Source: Candidatus Levyibacteriota bacterium
GTDB lineage: Bacteria > Patescibacteriota > Microgenomatia > Levybacterales > UBA12049
Assembly: GCA_003152105.1 (NCBI GenBank)
Contig: PLZJ01000002.1
Coordinates: 108,257-172,256 of the forward strand
DNA: 64,000 bases
Direction: 5' to 3'
Of this stretch, positions 18,888-27,853 are shown piece by piece. Position 1 is the stretch's first letter; each line of letters starts with the position of its first letter. A model generated the notes under the pieces. The model made no database searches and was not told where the DNA came from. It saw only the letters and a program-made list of their open reading frames with translations. Position numbers and translations under genes: made by a program.

Positions 18888-19478
18888 CTACTGACCAATG
18901 ATGACAACAGCGTCTGTGGAGCTTGATTCAGGTAACGTCGCAGTTGCACTTCCTACACTATAATTTGCACTTATATCACTTTTTAGTTTAGGCAATATGG
19001 AGCTTTCACTCTTCTTAACTTCAATGGTAACATTTGTATAGTTAAAATTGTCAGCATTTGTGGTACTTACAACTGTATAGCCAAGTCCCTTTAGAAAAGT
19101 AGCCATTTTATTTGCAACGCCTGCTGTGCCGCTACCATTTTCAACAGTTATTGTTGCACTACTCTTTGTTGGAGTTGCAGATGGAGATATCGATACTTTT
19201 CCCGATGGCGCTGGTGTACCCGAAACAGAAGGGCTTGGAGTCAACTTACCTGATGGAGCTGGAGTGTCGGTTGGAAAAATATAGTCTGTTGGAGTAGGCG
19301 TTGTTTTGGAAGATACTGGAGCAGACGCTTTAGTTAAAAATTTTGCAGCTACTACACCAATTCCAACTAGAAGAATGAGAAATATTACAAGCACAATCCA
19401 TTTTTTTGAACGCTTGGATCTTCGTGTTGGTGGAGAGTCAAAAAATTGCGTGTCATCCATATGCGTGCAGTATAGCAT
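18888..19478 (-). CDS. membrane-anchored LytR_C-domain protein with Pro/Ser/Thr-rich linker
   Basis: N-terminal TM, PST-rich spacer, then C-terminal ITVENGSGTAGVANKMATFLKGLGYTV resembling the LytR C-terminal domain. Confidence 0.5.
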   Translation of the reverse strand: MLYCTHMDDTQFFDSPPTRRSKRSKKWIVLVIFLILLVGIGVVAAKFLTKASAPVSSKTTPTPTDYIFPTDTPAPSGKLTPSPSVSGTPAPSGKVSISPSATPTKSSATITVENGSGTAGVANKMATFLKGLGYTVVSTTNADNFNYTNVTIEVKKSESSILPKLKSDISANYSVGSATATLPESSSTDAVVIIGQ

Positions 19479-19525
19479 AAATAAATTGGGAAAACTACAC
19501 TATCTGCTATAATAAATAAAGCTCT

Positions 19526-21271
19526 ATGAAAAAGATTTTCCCCGTTTTCTTAGCTAGTTTTTTTATATTCTTTTTGTTTCATTATGTATCGTTTAGTTTA
19601 TCTGATCAATTGGATGTTATTAATCAACAATTGGCAACTTTACAAAATGAATTAAATCAATCAGTGAATGCAACAACTCCTCTTGTTTCACAGGTTAATG
19701 CTATGCAAAATCAAATAGCTGCAATTAAGACACAGGTTGCTGCAATAGATGCAGATATAGTGGTAAAAAAACAAGACATACAAACAAGAGAAACGCAACT
19801 AGCTAAACAAGTAAATTTACTCAACGAAGCTCTTAGAGATTATTATATTAAAAGCTATACAAGCACCCCAATCCTTTTGATATTATCATCTTCTTCAGCA
19901 GCAGACATAACACAACTTGCTGCCTATCAAAAAGCCGCCACCGATCAAGACCAGTCAATCATAACAAATACGGTAATAACGCTCCAGGATCTTGAAATAC
20001 GCAAAAAAAATCTTGAGTCAGAAGAAACTCGCCTAACTGCAACCAAACAAGATCTTGATGCACAGTCTGCTAAACTCAATGCAGTTATTACGCAAGCAAA
20101 ATCATATCAATCAACTTTGTCGGGTCAAATCGCTGCACTTACTTCGCAACAACAACAACTTATAGCGCAGAAACTTGCAAGTCTTAATATCCCACAAACT
20201 GCGTATACTACGCAGGGTGGTTGCTCTTCAGATATAAATGTGGATCCTGGATTTTCTCCTCGTTTTGCTGTTTTCACTTTTGGAACACCAAACAGAGTAG
20301 GCCTAAATCAATATGGAGCAAAAGGTAGAGCTGAAGCAGGTCAAAGTTATAACGATATCTTAAATGCATACTATGCAAACATACAAATCACGAATATGAG
20401 TACTTCATCAACCAATATCACTGTAAATGGCACAAATGATTATGGAGAAAGCTTCGGAAATCAACAAATGAGCGTAGAAGATTATCTGAAACATATTTAC
20501 GAAATGCCCAGCAGCTGGCCTTCCGAAGCATTAAAGGCACAAGCAATTGCCGCTAGATCCTATGTGATGCATGCGATAGCAAGTGGGCAAACAACAGTTC
20601 CTCCAAACCAAAGTTTTCAAGAAGTTAAAACTGAAGAAAATGCGCAACCCTGGCTAGATGCCGTTAGTGCAACAGCTGGGCAAGTAATAACCTCAGGTGG
20701 ATCTCCAATTGAAGCATGGTTCTCTTCCACGCATGGTGGCTATGAATTTACGTCTGCAGATATTGGGTGGTCTTCAAATTCATACACAAAAGAAATGTAT
20801 GATGGAACAGGGAGCGTATCGAGTTTTTCTGACTTAATGAATAACGCATACGACAAAGAGTCTCCTTGGTTTTATTGTGACTGGGGTTCTCGAAGCGAAA
20901 ATAATAATACAGCGTGGCTACGTCCAAGCGAACTCGCAGATATTATTAATGTAATTTCACTAGCAAAGGCAGATGGAAGTACTGTTTCGCATCTATCGCA
21001 ACCAGATAAGCCAAACCCTGACGGCACTGATACATGGGACGCAAATCGAGTAAGACAAGAGTTACAAAATAGAAATCTACCAGCATTTACCACAATCTCA
21101 AGTACGACAATTAATTGGGATCATGGTTCCGGACGAGTTACATCTGTATCTGTTTCTGGAGATGGAGGCAATGTTAGTTTTGATGGCTCTTCATTTAAGA
21201 CATTTTTTAACTTACGCGCACCTGCTAATATACAAATTGTAGGTCCGCTTTATAATATTGAACAAAAATAA
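19526..21271 (+). CDS. secreted coiled-coil protein with SpoIID/LytB-like domain
   Basis: Signal peptide and long Q/A-rich coiled coil. C-terminal region with EALKAQAIAARSYV and WFSSTHGGYEF, typical of SpoIID/LytB. Confidence 0.55.
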   Translation: MKKIFPVFLASFFIFFLFHYVSFSLSDQLDVINQQLATLQNELNQSVNATTPLVSQVNAMQNQIAAIKTQVAAIDADIVVKKQDIQTRETQLAKQVNLLNEALRDYYIKSYTSTPILLILSSSSAADITQLAAYQKAATDQDQSIITNTVITLQDLEIRKKNLESEETRLTATKQDLDAQSAKLNAVITQAKSYQSTLSGQIAALTSQQQQLIAQKLASLNIPQTAYTTQGGCSSDINVDPGFSPRFAVFTFGTPNRVGLNQYGAKGRAEAGQSYNDILNAYYANIQITNMSTSSTNITVNGTNDYGESFGNQQMSVEDYLKHIYEMPSSWPSEALKAQAIAARSYVMHAIASGQTTVPPNQSFQEVKTEENAQPWLDAVSATAGQVITSGGSPIEAWFSSTHGGYEFTSADIGWSSNSYTKEMYDGTGSVSSFSDLMNNAYDKESPWFYCDWGSRSENNNTAWLRPSELADIINVISLAKADGSTVSHLSQPDKPNPDGTDTWDANRVRQELQNRNLPAFTTISSTTINWDHGSGRVTSVSVSGDGGNVSFDGSSFKTFFNLRAPANIQIVGPLYNIEQK

Positions 21272-21272
21272 T

Positions 21273-21980
21273 ATGGCTGATATATTTATTGCACCAGAAA
21301 AACAAGAAATTCCTATTCAATCAATACCTGCTAATGATACTGTTGTAGCAGAACAAGAATCGATAAATCAGGATATTCAAACGCAAAAAGCAAATGAAAC
21401 CATAAAGCAAGATAACTCCACTTCATTTTCTACACTTAAAATTTATCCGCACAACGTAAAATTTGATTCACAAGAAGCAAATGAAGAAGTTTTATTATTC
21501 TTGAGAAAACATATTATTACAAACGTTCCTTGGATTTTGATTACGTTATTTCTAATATTAGTTCCCCCAATCCTCTATTTGTTTCTCCGAGATAACCAAG
21601 GATTATTTCCACAACTATCTCAAATAAATGTATTAACACCTTTTATACTGAGCGCATTTTACTACCTTGTTGTACTGACATTTATTTTTATCAATTTTAT
21701 TACGTGGTATTACAACATTTCTCTTGTAACACAAGAGCGCGTACTCGATATAGACTATTCTGGCATTGTATACAAAAATATCTCAGCTACAAAAATGAGT
21801 CTCGTAGAAGATGTTAGCTTTAAAGAAATTGGAGCAATACGCTCAATGTTTGATTATGGAGATGTACTTATACAAACAGCTGGTACGCTCGATAATTTTG
21901 ACCTCTTAGCAGTTCCGCAGCCTGAAAAAATCGTACAATTTATTGAAGAACTAATTGGAAGGAATCGTCAAAATGCCTGA
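21273..21980 (+). CDS. membrane protein with bacterial PH (bPH_2/YdbS-like) domain
   Basis: Two TM helices then ...MFDYGDVLIQTAGTLDNFDLLAVPQPEKIVQFIEE. The track start at 21258 is a TTG; ATG at 21273 follows the upstream stop. Confidence 0.5.
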   Translation: MADIFIAPEKQEIPIQSIPANDTVVAEQESINQDIQTQKANETIKQDNSTSFSTLKIYPHNVKFDSQEANEEVLLFLRKHIITNVPWILITLFLILVPPILYLFLRDNQGLFPQLSQINVLTPFILSAFYYLVVLTFIFINFITWYYNISLVTQERVLDIDYSGIVYKNISATKMSLVEDVSFKEIGAIRSMFDYGDVLIQTAGTLDNFDLLAVPQPEKIVQFIEELIGRNRQNA

Positions 21981-22200
21981 TACATTTATTCAATTTTTTA
22001 ATAATCCAGAACATATCATTAAATTATTTTCTCTTTTAGTAATGGTTTTGTTCATGGTTTTTTGCCTTGTTATCGTAGGACAAATTCGGTCAATGAGAAG
22101 AATAATAGAGCTACCTACACAAAGCACCGTTCAAAATATTGGAATATTACTTTTGATTGTCAGTATTATGATTTTTGTCTTTAGTATTGTTATACTATAG
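21973..22200 (+). CDS. small two-TM membrane protein
   Basis: ATG at 21973 with GGAAGGAA about 9 nt upstream; the track start at 21955 is TTG. Start overlaps the upstream stop by 8 nt. Confidence 0.35.
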   Translation: MPDTFIQFFNNPEHIIKLFSLLVMVLFMVFCLVIVGQIRSMRRIIELPTQSTVQNIGILLLIVSIMIFVFSIVIL

Positions 22201-22204
22201 ACAG

Positions 22205-24001
22205 ATGAACGACATGCAAATTACATTTGGGAAAATAGTTGCCACGCCTACTCAAACTGCATGGTCACAAGCATATAATGCAGGGAAGCTATTTGCTGTA
22301 TTATCTCTCTCTAGCGAGGAAGACACACTTCTTAATGCCCTAGGAAAGGACATTGTCAAAACACTTGAAGAAGAATACTTTACATTAGAAGAAAAGAATC
22401 TTGAAGGTATCAAATCTGCTGTAACTACAGCGGTAGACAAAATTCCTGAACATATCAATCGTAGCTTTCTAGTTGCTGCAGTAGTTCATGACATTCTCTA
22501 TTTATATTTACACGGTGAGGGCTTAATACTTATTAAGCGTGGCGCATCATTTGGTAATTTACTATCGCACAGACATACTAATACGCGCGAAGTGCTATCT
22601 GCATCTGGATTTATAGAAAATAATGATGATATCATTCTACAAACAAAAGCGTTTTCAGATATTATTACTCGTACGCTACTCGAAGATGCGCTTGAAAATC
22701 CGTTACCAAGCGAAGCAGCAGAAATTCTCGCACCAAAAATTCATGAAAAAGAAAATGGCGCAGCTTCAGCAATAATTTTATCCTTCAAAACAACAAATGA
22801 AGAGGAGGAAGGCGAAAAGGACATAGACTTTAATGAAGACGAAAAAGCAGAAGTAGAAGAAGATGAATTACCTGAAATAATACCTCTGGCATATGAACCT
22901 CCTAAGACTGAGGTAATCGAAGAAGCAACACAAACCCACATAAAGCCTCCCAGAAAAGTACGCCTACCAAAATTTTCTTTTTCGGGAAAAAAATTACCTC
23001 ATATATCTCACAAGAAAAAGCTACTCCTTAGCATTGCAGGCATACTTTTATTGGTATTACTTTTTAGCTTGTATAGCGCTCGTTCAATTCAACAACGTAC
23101 ATCAATTCATACAAAATTCCAATCTATTTATACGCAAGCAAAGAAAAAGTATGATGAAGCAAAACTACTTAATGATTTAAATAAACCATTAGCACAACAA
23201 GACTTTTCAGACGCCAAACAAATTATTACAAACAATATAAATCAGTTCCAACCCGGAACATCAGAACGTACTCAAATTAATGATTTGCTTACGAATATAA
23301 ATAATGCACTCGGGCCAAATGAAGGACAAAGTTCAACAAACTCATTGGCAAAAGCAACTGTTACTAGTGGTATTTTAGTAGCTGAAAATAATAATTCACA
23401 AGCCACTTATGCTATCCTGAATGGACAAAATGTAGACTTACTATTAAATGATGGTATTTATCAAACCGATTTAAGTGGTAATAGCAAAAAACTAATAGTA
23501 AAAAAATCTGGAAACTATGCAAATGGCGGAGGGTTAGCAACTTATTTAACAAATATTTACCTTTTGGATAAAAATGCTAATCAAATATATAAATTTACTC
23601 CTTCTGATTCAGAGTATACAAAATCGAATTATCTAACTTCTTCTGAATCACCTGCTTTTTCCAAAGCAGAATCTATGGCAATTGATAGCTCTGTTTATGT
23701 ACTTTATTCAAACGGATCAATAGATAAATATTTACGTGGACAGAAACAAAACTTTTCATTATCTGGGCTTTCAAAACCATTTAAAAATCCATCCCGTATT
23801 TATACTGATGAAAACACCAATAACCTTTATGTTTTAGACCAGCAAAACAGTCGTATAGTAGTACTTACCAAAGATGGTGCATTTATAAAGGAATATGATG
23901 CTCGCGAACTACAAAATGCGAACGATTTCGAGGTACATGAAGCTGAAAATAAGATTTTTATCCTTTCTTCTGGTACAATCTACGAACTTGACTTAAAGTA
24001 A
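22205..24001 (+). CDS. hypothetical protein with central TM segment and C-terminal repeat/beta-rich region
   Basis: Long ORF whose track start is TTG; first in-frame ATG is at 22205 (MNDMQITFG). TM ~aa 285-305. No family recognised by eye. Confidence 0.5.
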   Translation: MNDMQITFGKIVATPTQTAWSQAYNAGKLFAVLSLSSEEDTLLNALGKDIVKTLEEEYFTLEEKNLEGIKSAVTTAVDKIPEHINRSFLVAAVVHDILYLYLHGEGLILIKRGASFGNLLSHRHTNTREVLSASGFIENNDDIILQTKAFSDIITRTLLEDALENPLPSEAAEILAPKIHEKENGAASAIILSFKTTNEEEEGEKDIDFNEDEKAEVEEDELPEIIPLAYEPPKTEVIEEATQTHIKPPRKVRLPKFSFSGKKLPHISHKKKLLLSIAGILLLVLLFSLYSARSIQQRTSIHTKFQSIYTQAKKKYDEAKLLNDLNKPLAQQDFSDAKQIITNNINQFQPGTSERTQINDLLTNINNALGPNEGQSSTNSLAKATVTSGILVAENNNSQATYAILNGQNVDLLLNDGIYQTDLSGNSKKLIVKKSGNYANGGGLATYLTNIYLLDKNANQIYKFTPSDSEYTKSNYLTSSESPAFSKAESMAIDSSVYVLYSNGSIDKYLRGQKQNFSLSGLSKPFKNPSRIYTDENTNNLYVLDQQNSRIVVLTKDGAFIKEYDARELQNANDFEVHEAENKIFILSSGTIYELDLK

Positions 24002-24445
24002 ATGAAAATTATCAACCGTAAAGCTACCTTCGACTTTGAAATTCGAGAAAAACTTGAGGCCGGAATACACTTATTAGGCTCTGAAGTTAAGGCTGTGCGC
24101 CTTGGGCATGCAGACTTATCTGGAAGCTATGTAAAAATAATCGGACTCGAGGCGTTTCTTGTAAACGCGAAGATCTTTCCTTTTCAGTATGCACGACCTG
24201 ATAATTATGATCAGATACGCACAAGAAAATTACTTTTGCACAAAAGAGAAATACTCAATCTAAAGCATAAAATGGAAGGAAGCGGTTTGACAATCGTGCC
24301 TATTGCGATGTATAATACGAAGAACCTCATTAAGCTTGAAGTAGCTTTAGGAAAGGGTAAAAAGGAATATCAGAAGAAAGAAGCGAAGAAACGTAAAGAT
24401 ATTGATCGAGAAGTAGCAGAAGAGTTTAAAAGGCATCTTCGATAA
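24002..24445 (+). CDS. smpB: SsrA-binding protein SmpB
   Basis: MKIINRKATFDFEI...LLGSEVKAV... and a basic C-terminal tail. Confidence 0.9.
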   Translation: MKIINRKATFDFEIREKLEAGIHLLGSEVKAVRLGHADLSGSYVKIIGLEAFLVNAKIFPFQYARPDNYDQIRTRKLLLHKREILNLKHKMEGSGLTIVPIAMYNTKNLIKLEVALGKGKKEYQKKEAKKRKDIDREVAEEFKRHLR

Positions 24446-24486
24446 AATCGATATTCGCCTTTACCAAATAGACATATTTAGTAAAG

Positions 24487-24849
24487 GGGGATGAATCGAT
24501 TCGACGAGAATAGTACTTTGAAAAACAGCAAGCCGACTTTGATATATAGTCGTTAAACAGGATCAAAACATAAATGCTGAAGGATTATCCTTTAGTCGTT
24601 ATAATGCTCAGCCAGCAATGGCCTTTGCATAAAGCGTATCTATAACTCCCTTTCTTTGCGGGACATATAGATATTTACAAAGCTAAGATATAGTAAAAAA
24701 TCTGGTTTCGTTTTTTACCGAATTTTGAAACCTTACTATTATTTTTCCTGTCAATTGGATCAAGATATTAGGAAGTTTAATAATTGACTACGCTTGTAGA
24801 CGTTTTTAACTGACTTTTTCGGACTCCGGTTCACTGCCGGACATCTCCA
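24487..24849 (+). ncRNA. ssrA: tmRNA (ssrA), tag reading frame ending ...NAQPAMAFA-UAA
   Basis: 5' GGGGAUGAAUCGAUUCGACG resembles the E. coli tmRNA 5' end. 3' T-arm CCGGUUCACUGCCGG followed by CAUCUCC-A pairs with the 5' GGGGAUG to form a 7-bp acceptor stem. Sits immediately downstream of smpB; ~363 nt. Confidence 0.75.
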
Positions 24850-24930
24850 CAAACAACGTTTAGATTGCTAAATCAATCTAAACTAATACATTATCAGATA
24901 ATTAATACCTTCATATTTAATCCTGTAGTA

Positions 24931-24959
24931 TTGACATTCCCAACTTGCTTTGATATACT
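24931..24959 (+). promoter_or_regulatory. consensus-like sigma70 promoter TTGACA-N17-TATACT
   Basis: ttgaca at 24931-24936, 17-nt spacer, tatact at 24954-24959. Points into the ssrA-distal insertion. Confidence 0.35.
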
Positions 24960-25217
24960 CCTATAGCTAAAAATAGTATATTTGGGCATAAGCTGCCAAT
25001 TTGTTACTGTTTATAGTAATTATTGCACGTTCACAAATTGCGAAGTTATATACTTCTATTCTTACCTTAAGCAAAGGCTACAGGTTGAGAAAATATTTTC
25101 TCTATCTATAGTCTTTGCTTGTTGCAATGAAAAACCTTTAAACGTATTTCAGTGTAGGGTGAGAAAGCAAAAGACAACTGCAGGAAGTTAGATCGATTAT
25201 ATCCAAAAGGAATAACC

Positions 25218-25328
25218 ATGATTCATTCACCTCCGAACAGTTCGCCTTCCAAGTATATGATGTTAGACATGACCTTCGAGTTCGACACGATCCCGGGCGA
25301 GGCCACGATCACCAGCACGCATCGCTGA
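25218..25328 (+). CDS. small ORF (36 aa) in GC-rich inserted segment
   Basis: AAAGGA SD 7 nt upstream of the ATG. Translation MIHSPPNSSPSKYMMLDMTFEFDTIPGEATITSTHR; atypically GC-rich codons. Confidence 0.2.
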   Translation: MIHSPPNSSPSKYMMLDMTFEFDTIPGEATITSTHR

Positions 25329-25517
25329 GGTCCGGCGCCGGCTCTTTACTCTTTTAGAGTAGTGAGCCAATAGCTCAAACCATTCTTGCGGGAGGAACAC
25401 CCTCTCCTGTAAGTTTGGTATTCCATTCTCGACAATTATCTACGGAAAACGTGGATTTAAAAGATATTGATCGAAAATCAGAATCGTGTTGTTTCTCAAC
25501 ACAAGAAAGGCTTAAAG

Positions 25518-25691
25518 ATGAGTCCTATTAAAGTAGGCCTTTGCCTTATAGTAGCGTTCTTTTTCACTGTAGCAGGAGACAACGTCCTACAAACAGCCCA
25601 CGCTCACGGAGTCTGGCCAATAGCGACATTCGCTGCTCTCGTTTTCTTCATCGCAGGAATGTTCACCAACTCCGACTGGAAAAAACCCTAA
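25518..25691 (+). CDS. small two-TM membrane protein (57 aa) in GC-rich inserted segment
   Basis: AAAGG SD; MSPIKVGLCLIVAFFFTVAG...WPIATFAALVFFIAGMF. GC-rich codon usage unlike neighbouring genes. Confidence 0.35.
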   Translation: MSPIKVGLCLIVAFFFTVAGDNVLQTAHAHGVWPIATFAALVFFIAGMFTNSDWKKP

Positions 25692-25726
25692 CACACCAAC
25701 ATCGCAACAAACCGAACAAGCACTCA

Positions 25727-25796
25727 TGAGGGGGATCAAGTCTGTAATGACTAATTCGTCTAAACAACGAAATAACTCAACACAGACTCCCCCTCA
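25727..25796. terminator. long imperfect hairpin between convergent genes (candidate bidirectional terminator or RNA element)
   Basis: TGAGGGGG-ATCA-AGTCTGT...ACAGACT-CCCCCTCA: 15 bp of pairing in two helices around a ~36-nt loop. Confidence 0.3.
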
Positions 25797-25835
25797 CATT
25801 TTTCCCAATTAAATAACAAGCTAAAGCTAATTTGA

Positions 25836-26264
25836 TTATTTGTTGTTAGGTTGGGAATCCTCAAAAGAATCCATACGAAGTTTTATTGCATCTTTTACTT
25901 TCCCAGGATTTGCTATATTTTTAAAAACTTCTGGTTCACTTGCATTAGCCGAGTAAATACCAATATCGCCATAACCAAAAACTAAACCAAGCATATTTCT
26001 ATACGTATTTATATTATTGATTTTTGAACATGGAATTTCATTCGTGTTACGCGTAAAAACCCCTCTCTTTACTACTAATGAATTGGCATGAAGCGTAAAT
26101 GATTCTGTCGAATAACGAAGAATTGTTAATACAATTAGCGGAATTCCGATAAATGCACCAATTATGGTTATTGTTAATAGAAAACCAAAAATTAAATGAA
26201 GTAATAACCAATTTTTTGAGTGTTTTAATATTATTTCTTCTTGCACCTGTTTATTATGCTCCAT
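25836..26264 (-). CDS. membrane protein with bPH_2 (YdbS-like) domain
   Basis: Two N-terminal TM helices then ...LVFGYGDIGIYSANASEPEVFKNIANPGKVKDAI. Confidence 0.5.
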   Translation of the reverse strand: MEHNKQVQEEIILKHSKNWLLLHLIFGFLLTITIIGAFIGIPLIVLTILRYSTESFTLHANSLVVKRGVFTRNTNEIPCSKINNINTYRNMLGLVFGYGDIGIYSANASEPEVFKNIANPGKVKDAIKLRMDSFEDSQPNNK

Positions 26265-26321
26265 AACCCTTGACTTGTAAATATTTTTAGCTTGGTAAAA
26301 ATGCTATAATAGGAATCAATT

Positions 26322-26409
26322 GGAGGAGTCGCATAGCCTGGTCCATTGCGAGGGTTTGCTAAACCCTTGAGCCGTAAGGCTCGCGCAGGTTCAAATCCTG
26401 TCTCCTCCG
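26322..26409 (+). tRNA. tRNA-Ser (anticodon GCU), class II with long variable arm
   Basis: Acceptor GGAGGAG/CTCCTCC; anticodon stem-loop AGGGT TTGCTAA ACCCT; variable arm TGAGCCGTAAGGCTCGC; T-arm GCAGG TTCAAAT CCTGT. Confidence 0.8.
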
Positions 26410-26424
26410 CAATAAAGTTCTATT

Positions 26425-26511
26425 GGAGAGGTCGCATAGTGGCCTAGTGCGGCGGTCTTGAAAACCGCTGTGGGTGCAAGCTCACCGTGGGTTCGAATCC
26501 CACCCTCTCCG
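26425..26511 (+). tRNA. tRNA-Ser (anticodon UGA)
   Basis: Acceptor GGAGAGG/CCTCTCC; anticodon stem-loop GCGGT CTTGAAA ACCGC; long variable arm; T-arm GTGGG TTCGAAT CCCAC. Confidence 0.8.
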
Positions 26512-26583
26512 CACCATTATTCACTTCCTGCATAGGCTTTTTAGCTTGACTAAGTTTTCTAATTCATTTACAGTTATTAGTAT

Positions 26584-27144
26584 ATGGAGAATAATGAAAA
26601 TCCCCAACCAGAGCATGAATCAGAACGAAGCTACACTCATGAACATTCCCATGTGCCCACAGTCAAAACGTTGATAGCATGGCACGCACCCGGAAGACCT
26701 TTTGCGAAACGCTCCAAGGAGTATTTTATTACGAGTGCCTTGATTGCATTACTTATTGAAGTAATATGTTTATTATTTGGACAATATATGTTAATGCTTT
26801 TAATAGCTTCATTTTTGTTTGTTGTATTTGTTCTTGCAACTATTCCTCCTCATAATTTTCATTACAGAATAAGCTCAGAAGGAGTCACCGTGGAAGATCA
26901 TTTTTTTCTTTGGCAGGAACTTTATGATTTTTATTTTAAAGAGATTCACGGTACAGACGTCTTGCTTATACGAACCATTGCATTAATTCCTGGAGAACTA
27001 ACCTTAACCCTTGGCGAAGTTCATAAAGAACACATTAAAACGATTTTGCTGCCATACTTACCTTTTCGAGAATATGTTCAACCCACTTTTGTTGAAAAAT
27101 TTGGAAACTTTATTGCAAAAAACTTTCCTCTCGAGAGATCCTAA
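26584..27144 (+). CDS. hypothetical membrane protein (possible bPH-like C-terminal domain)
   Basis: Acidic N-terminus, two TM helices, C-terminal soluble domain. Confidence 0.45.
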   Translation: MENNENPQPEHESERSYTHEHSHVPTVKTLIAWHAPGRPFAKRSKEYFITSALIALLIEVICLLFGQYMLMLLIASFLFVVFVLATIPPHNFHYRISSEGVTVEDHFFLWQELYDFYFKEIHGTDVLLIRTIALIPGELTLTLGEVHKEHIKTILLPYLPFREYVQPTFVEKFGNFIAKNFPLERS

Positions 27145-27189
27145 TAGATTGATTATTCTGCAACTATAAGATACAATAAAATCGTTCTT

Positions 27190-27262
27190 GTGCCCGTAGT
27201 TCAATGGATAGAACACCTGGTTGCGGTCCAGGCGGTTGGAGGTTCGATTCCTCTCGGGCACG
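27190..27262 (+). tRNA. tRNA-Arg (anticodon GCG)
   Basis: GTGCCCG-TA-GTTC AATGGATA GAAC-A-CCTGG TTGCGGT CCAGG-CGGTT-GGAGG TTCGATT CCTCT-CGGGCAC-G. Confidence 0.65.
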
Positions 27263-27384
27263 CATATAAAATATAATCCCAAAGCAAACTCCTCTAAATT
27301 CATATAGACGATCAATACTTGCATTCAAATAGATAAATACGAAATAATAGGAACGCCTAGAAATATACAGAAAGGAGGTAAAAT

Positions 27385-27831
27385 ATGAGCAAATACTCTT
27401 CAAATCAAATAATAACTGTGTTTGAAAAATGGTATAAAAAAGCACCTAAATTAGATAATAATGTAAAAAATTTAATAATCAACTACATACCGTGGGTTGC
27501 AATAATATTTGGCTTAATTGGCGTAATTCTTTCAGTGCCAGAACTTGGAGTTATAACTATTGTATCTCCTTTTGCAGCAATTGGTGGTATAAATGGCATT
27601 TCGTGGTTTGGATTACATTTTATACTAACGCTTATTATTTTAATAGCATCAGTACTTTTACTGGCCGCTTATCCAGGGACAAAAGCAAGAAAAATAAATG
27701 GATGGAAGTTGTTTTTCTGGAGCGAGTTTGTACAGGCTTTTTATTCTTTAATTACTCTTTCGTTACTTGGACTAATTATTGCAGGATTTATATTTTATTT
27801 GTTATTTCAAGTTAAGTCTCACTACAGTTGA
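27385..27831 (+). CDS. polytopic small membrane protein, hypothetical
   Basis: Strong SD AAAGGAGGT; four predicted TM helices. Confidence 0.5.
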   Translation: MSKYSSNQIITVFEKWYKKAPKLDNNVKNLIINYIPWVAIIFGLIGVILSVPELGVITIVSPFAAIGGINGISWFGLHFILTLIILIASVLLLAAYPGTKARKINGWKLFFWSEFVQAFYSLITLSLLGLIIAGFIFYLLFQVKSHYS

Positions 27832-27853
27832 ACAAAACTGAGCGTTTTCGATT

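Noticed and set aside
26474-26674. Track ORF 26474-26674(+)
   Set aside because: Starts inside tRNA-Ser(UGA); its downstream part is superseded by the 26584 ORF in another frame.
27058-27445. Track ORFs 27058-27324(-) and 27164-27445(-)
   Set aside because: Overlap tRNA-Arg and its flanks on the opposite strand; translations dominated by the tRNA complement.
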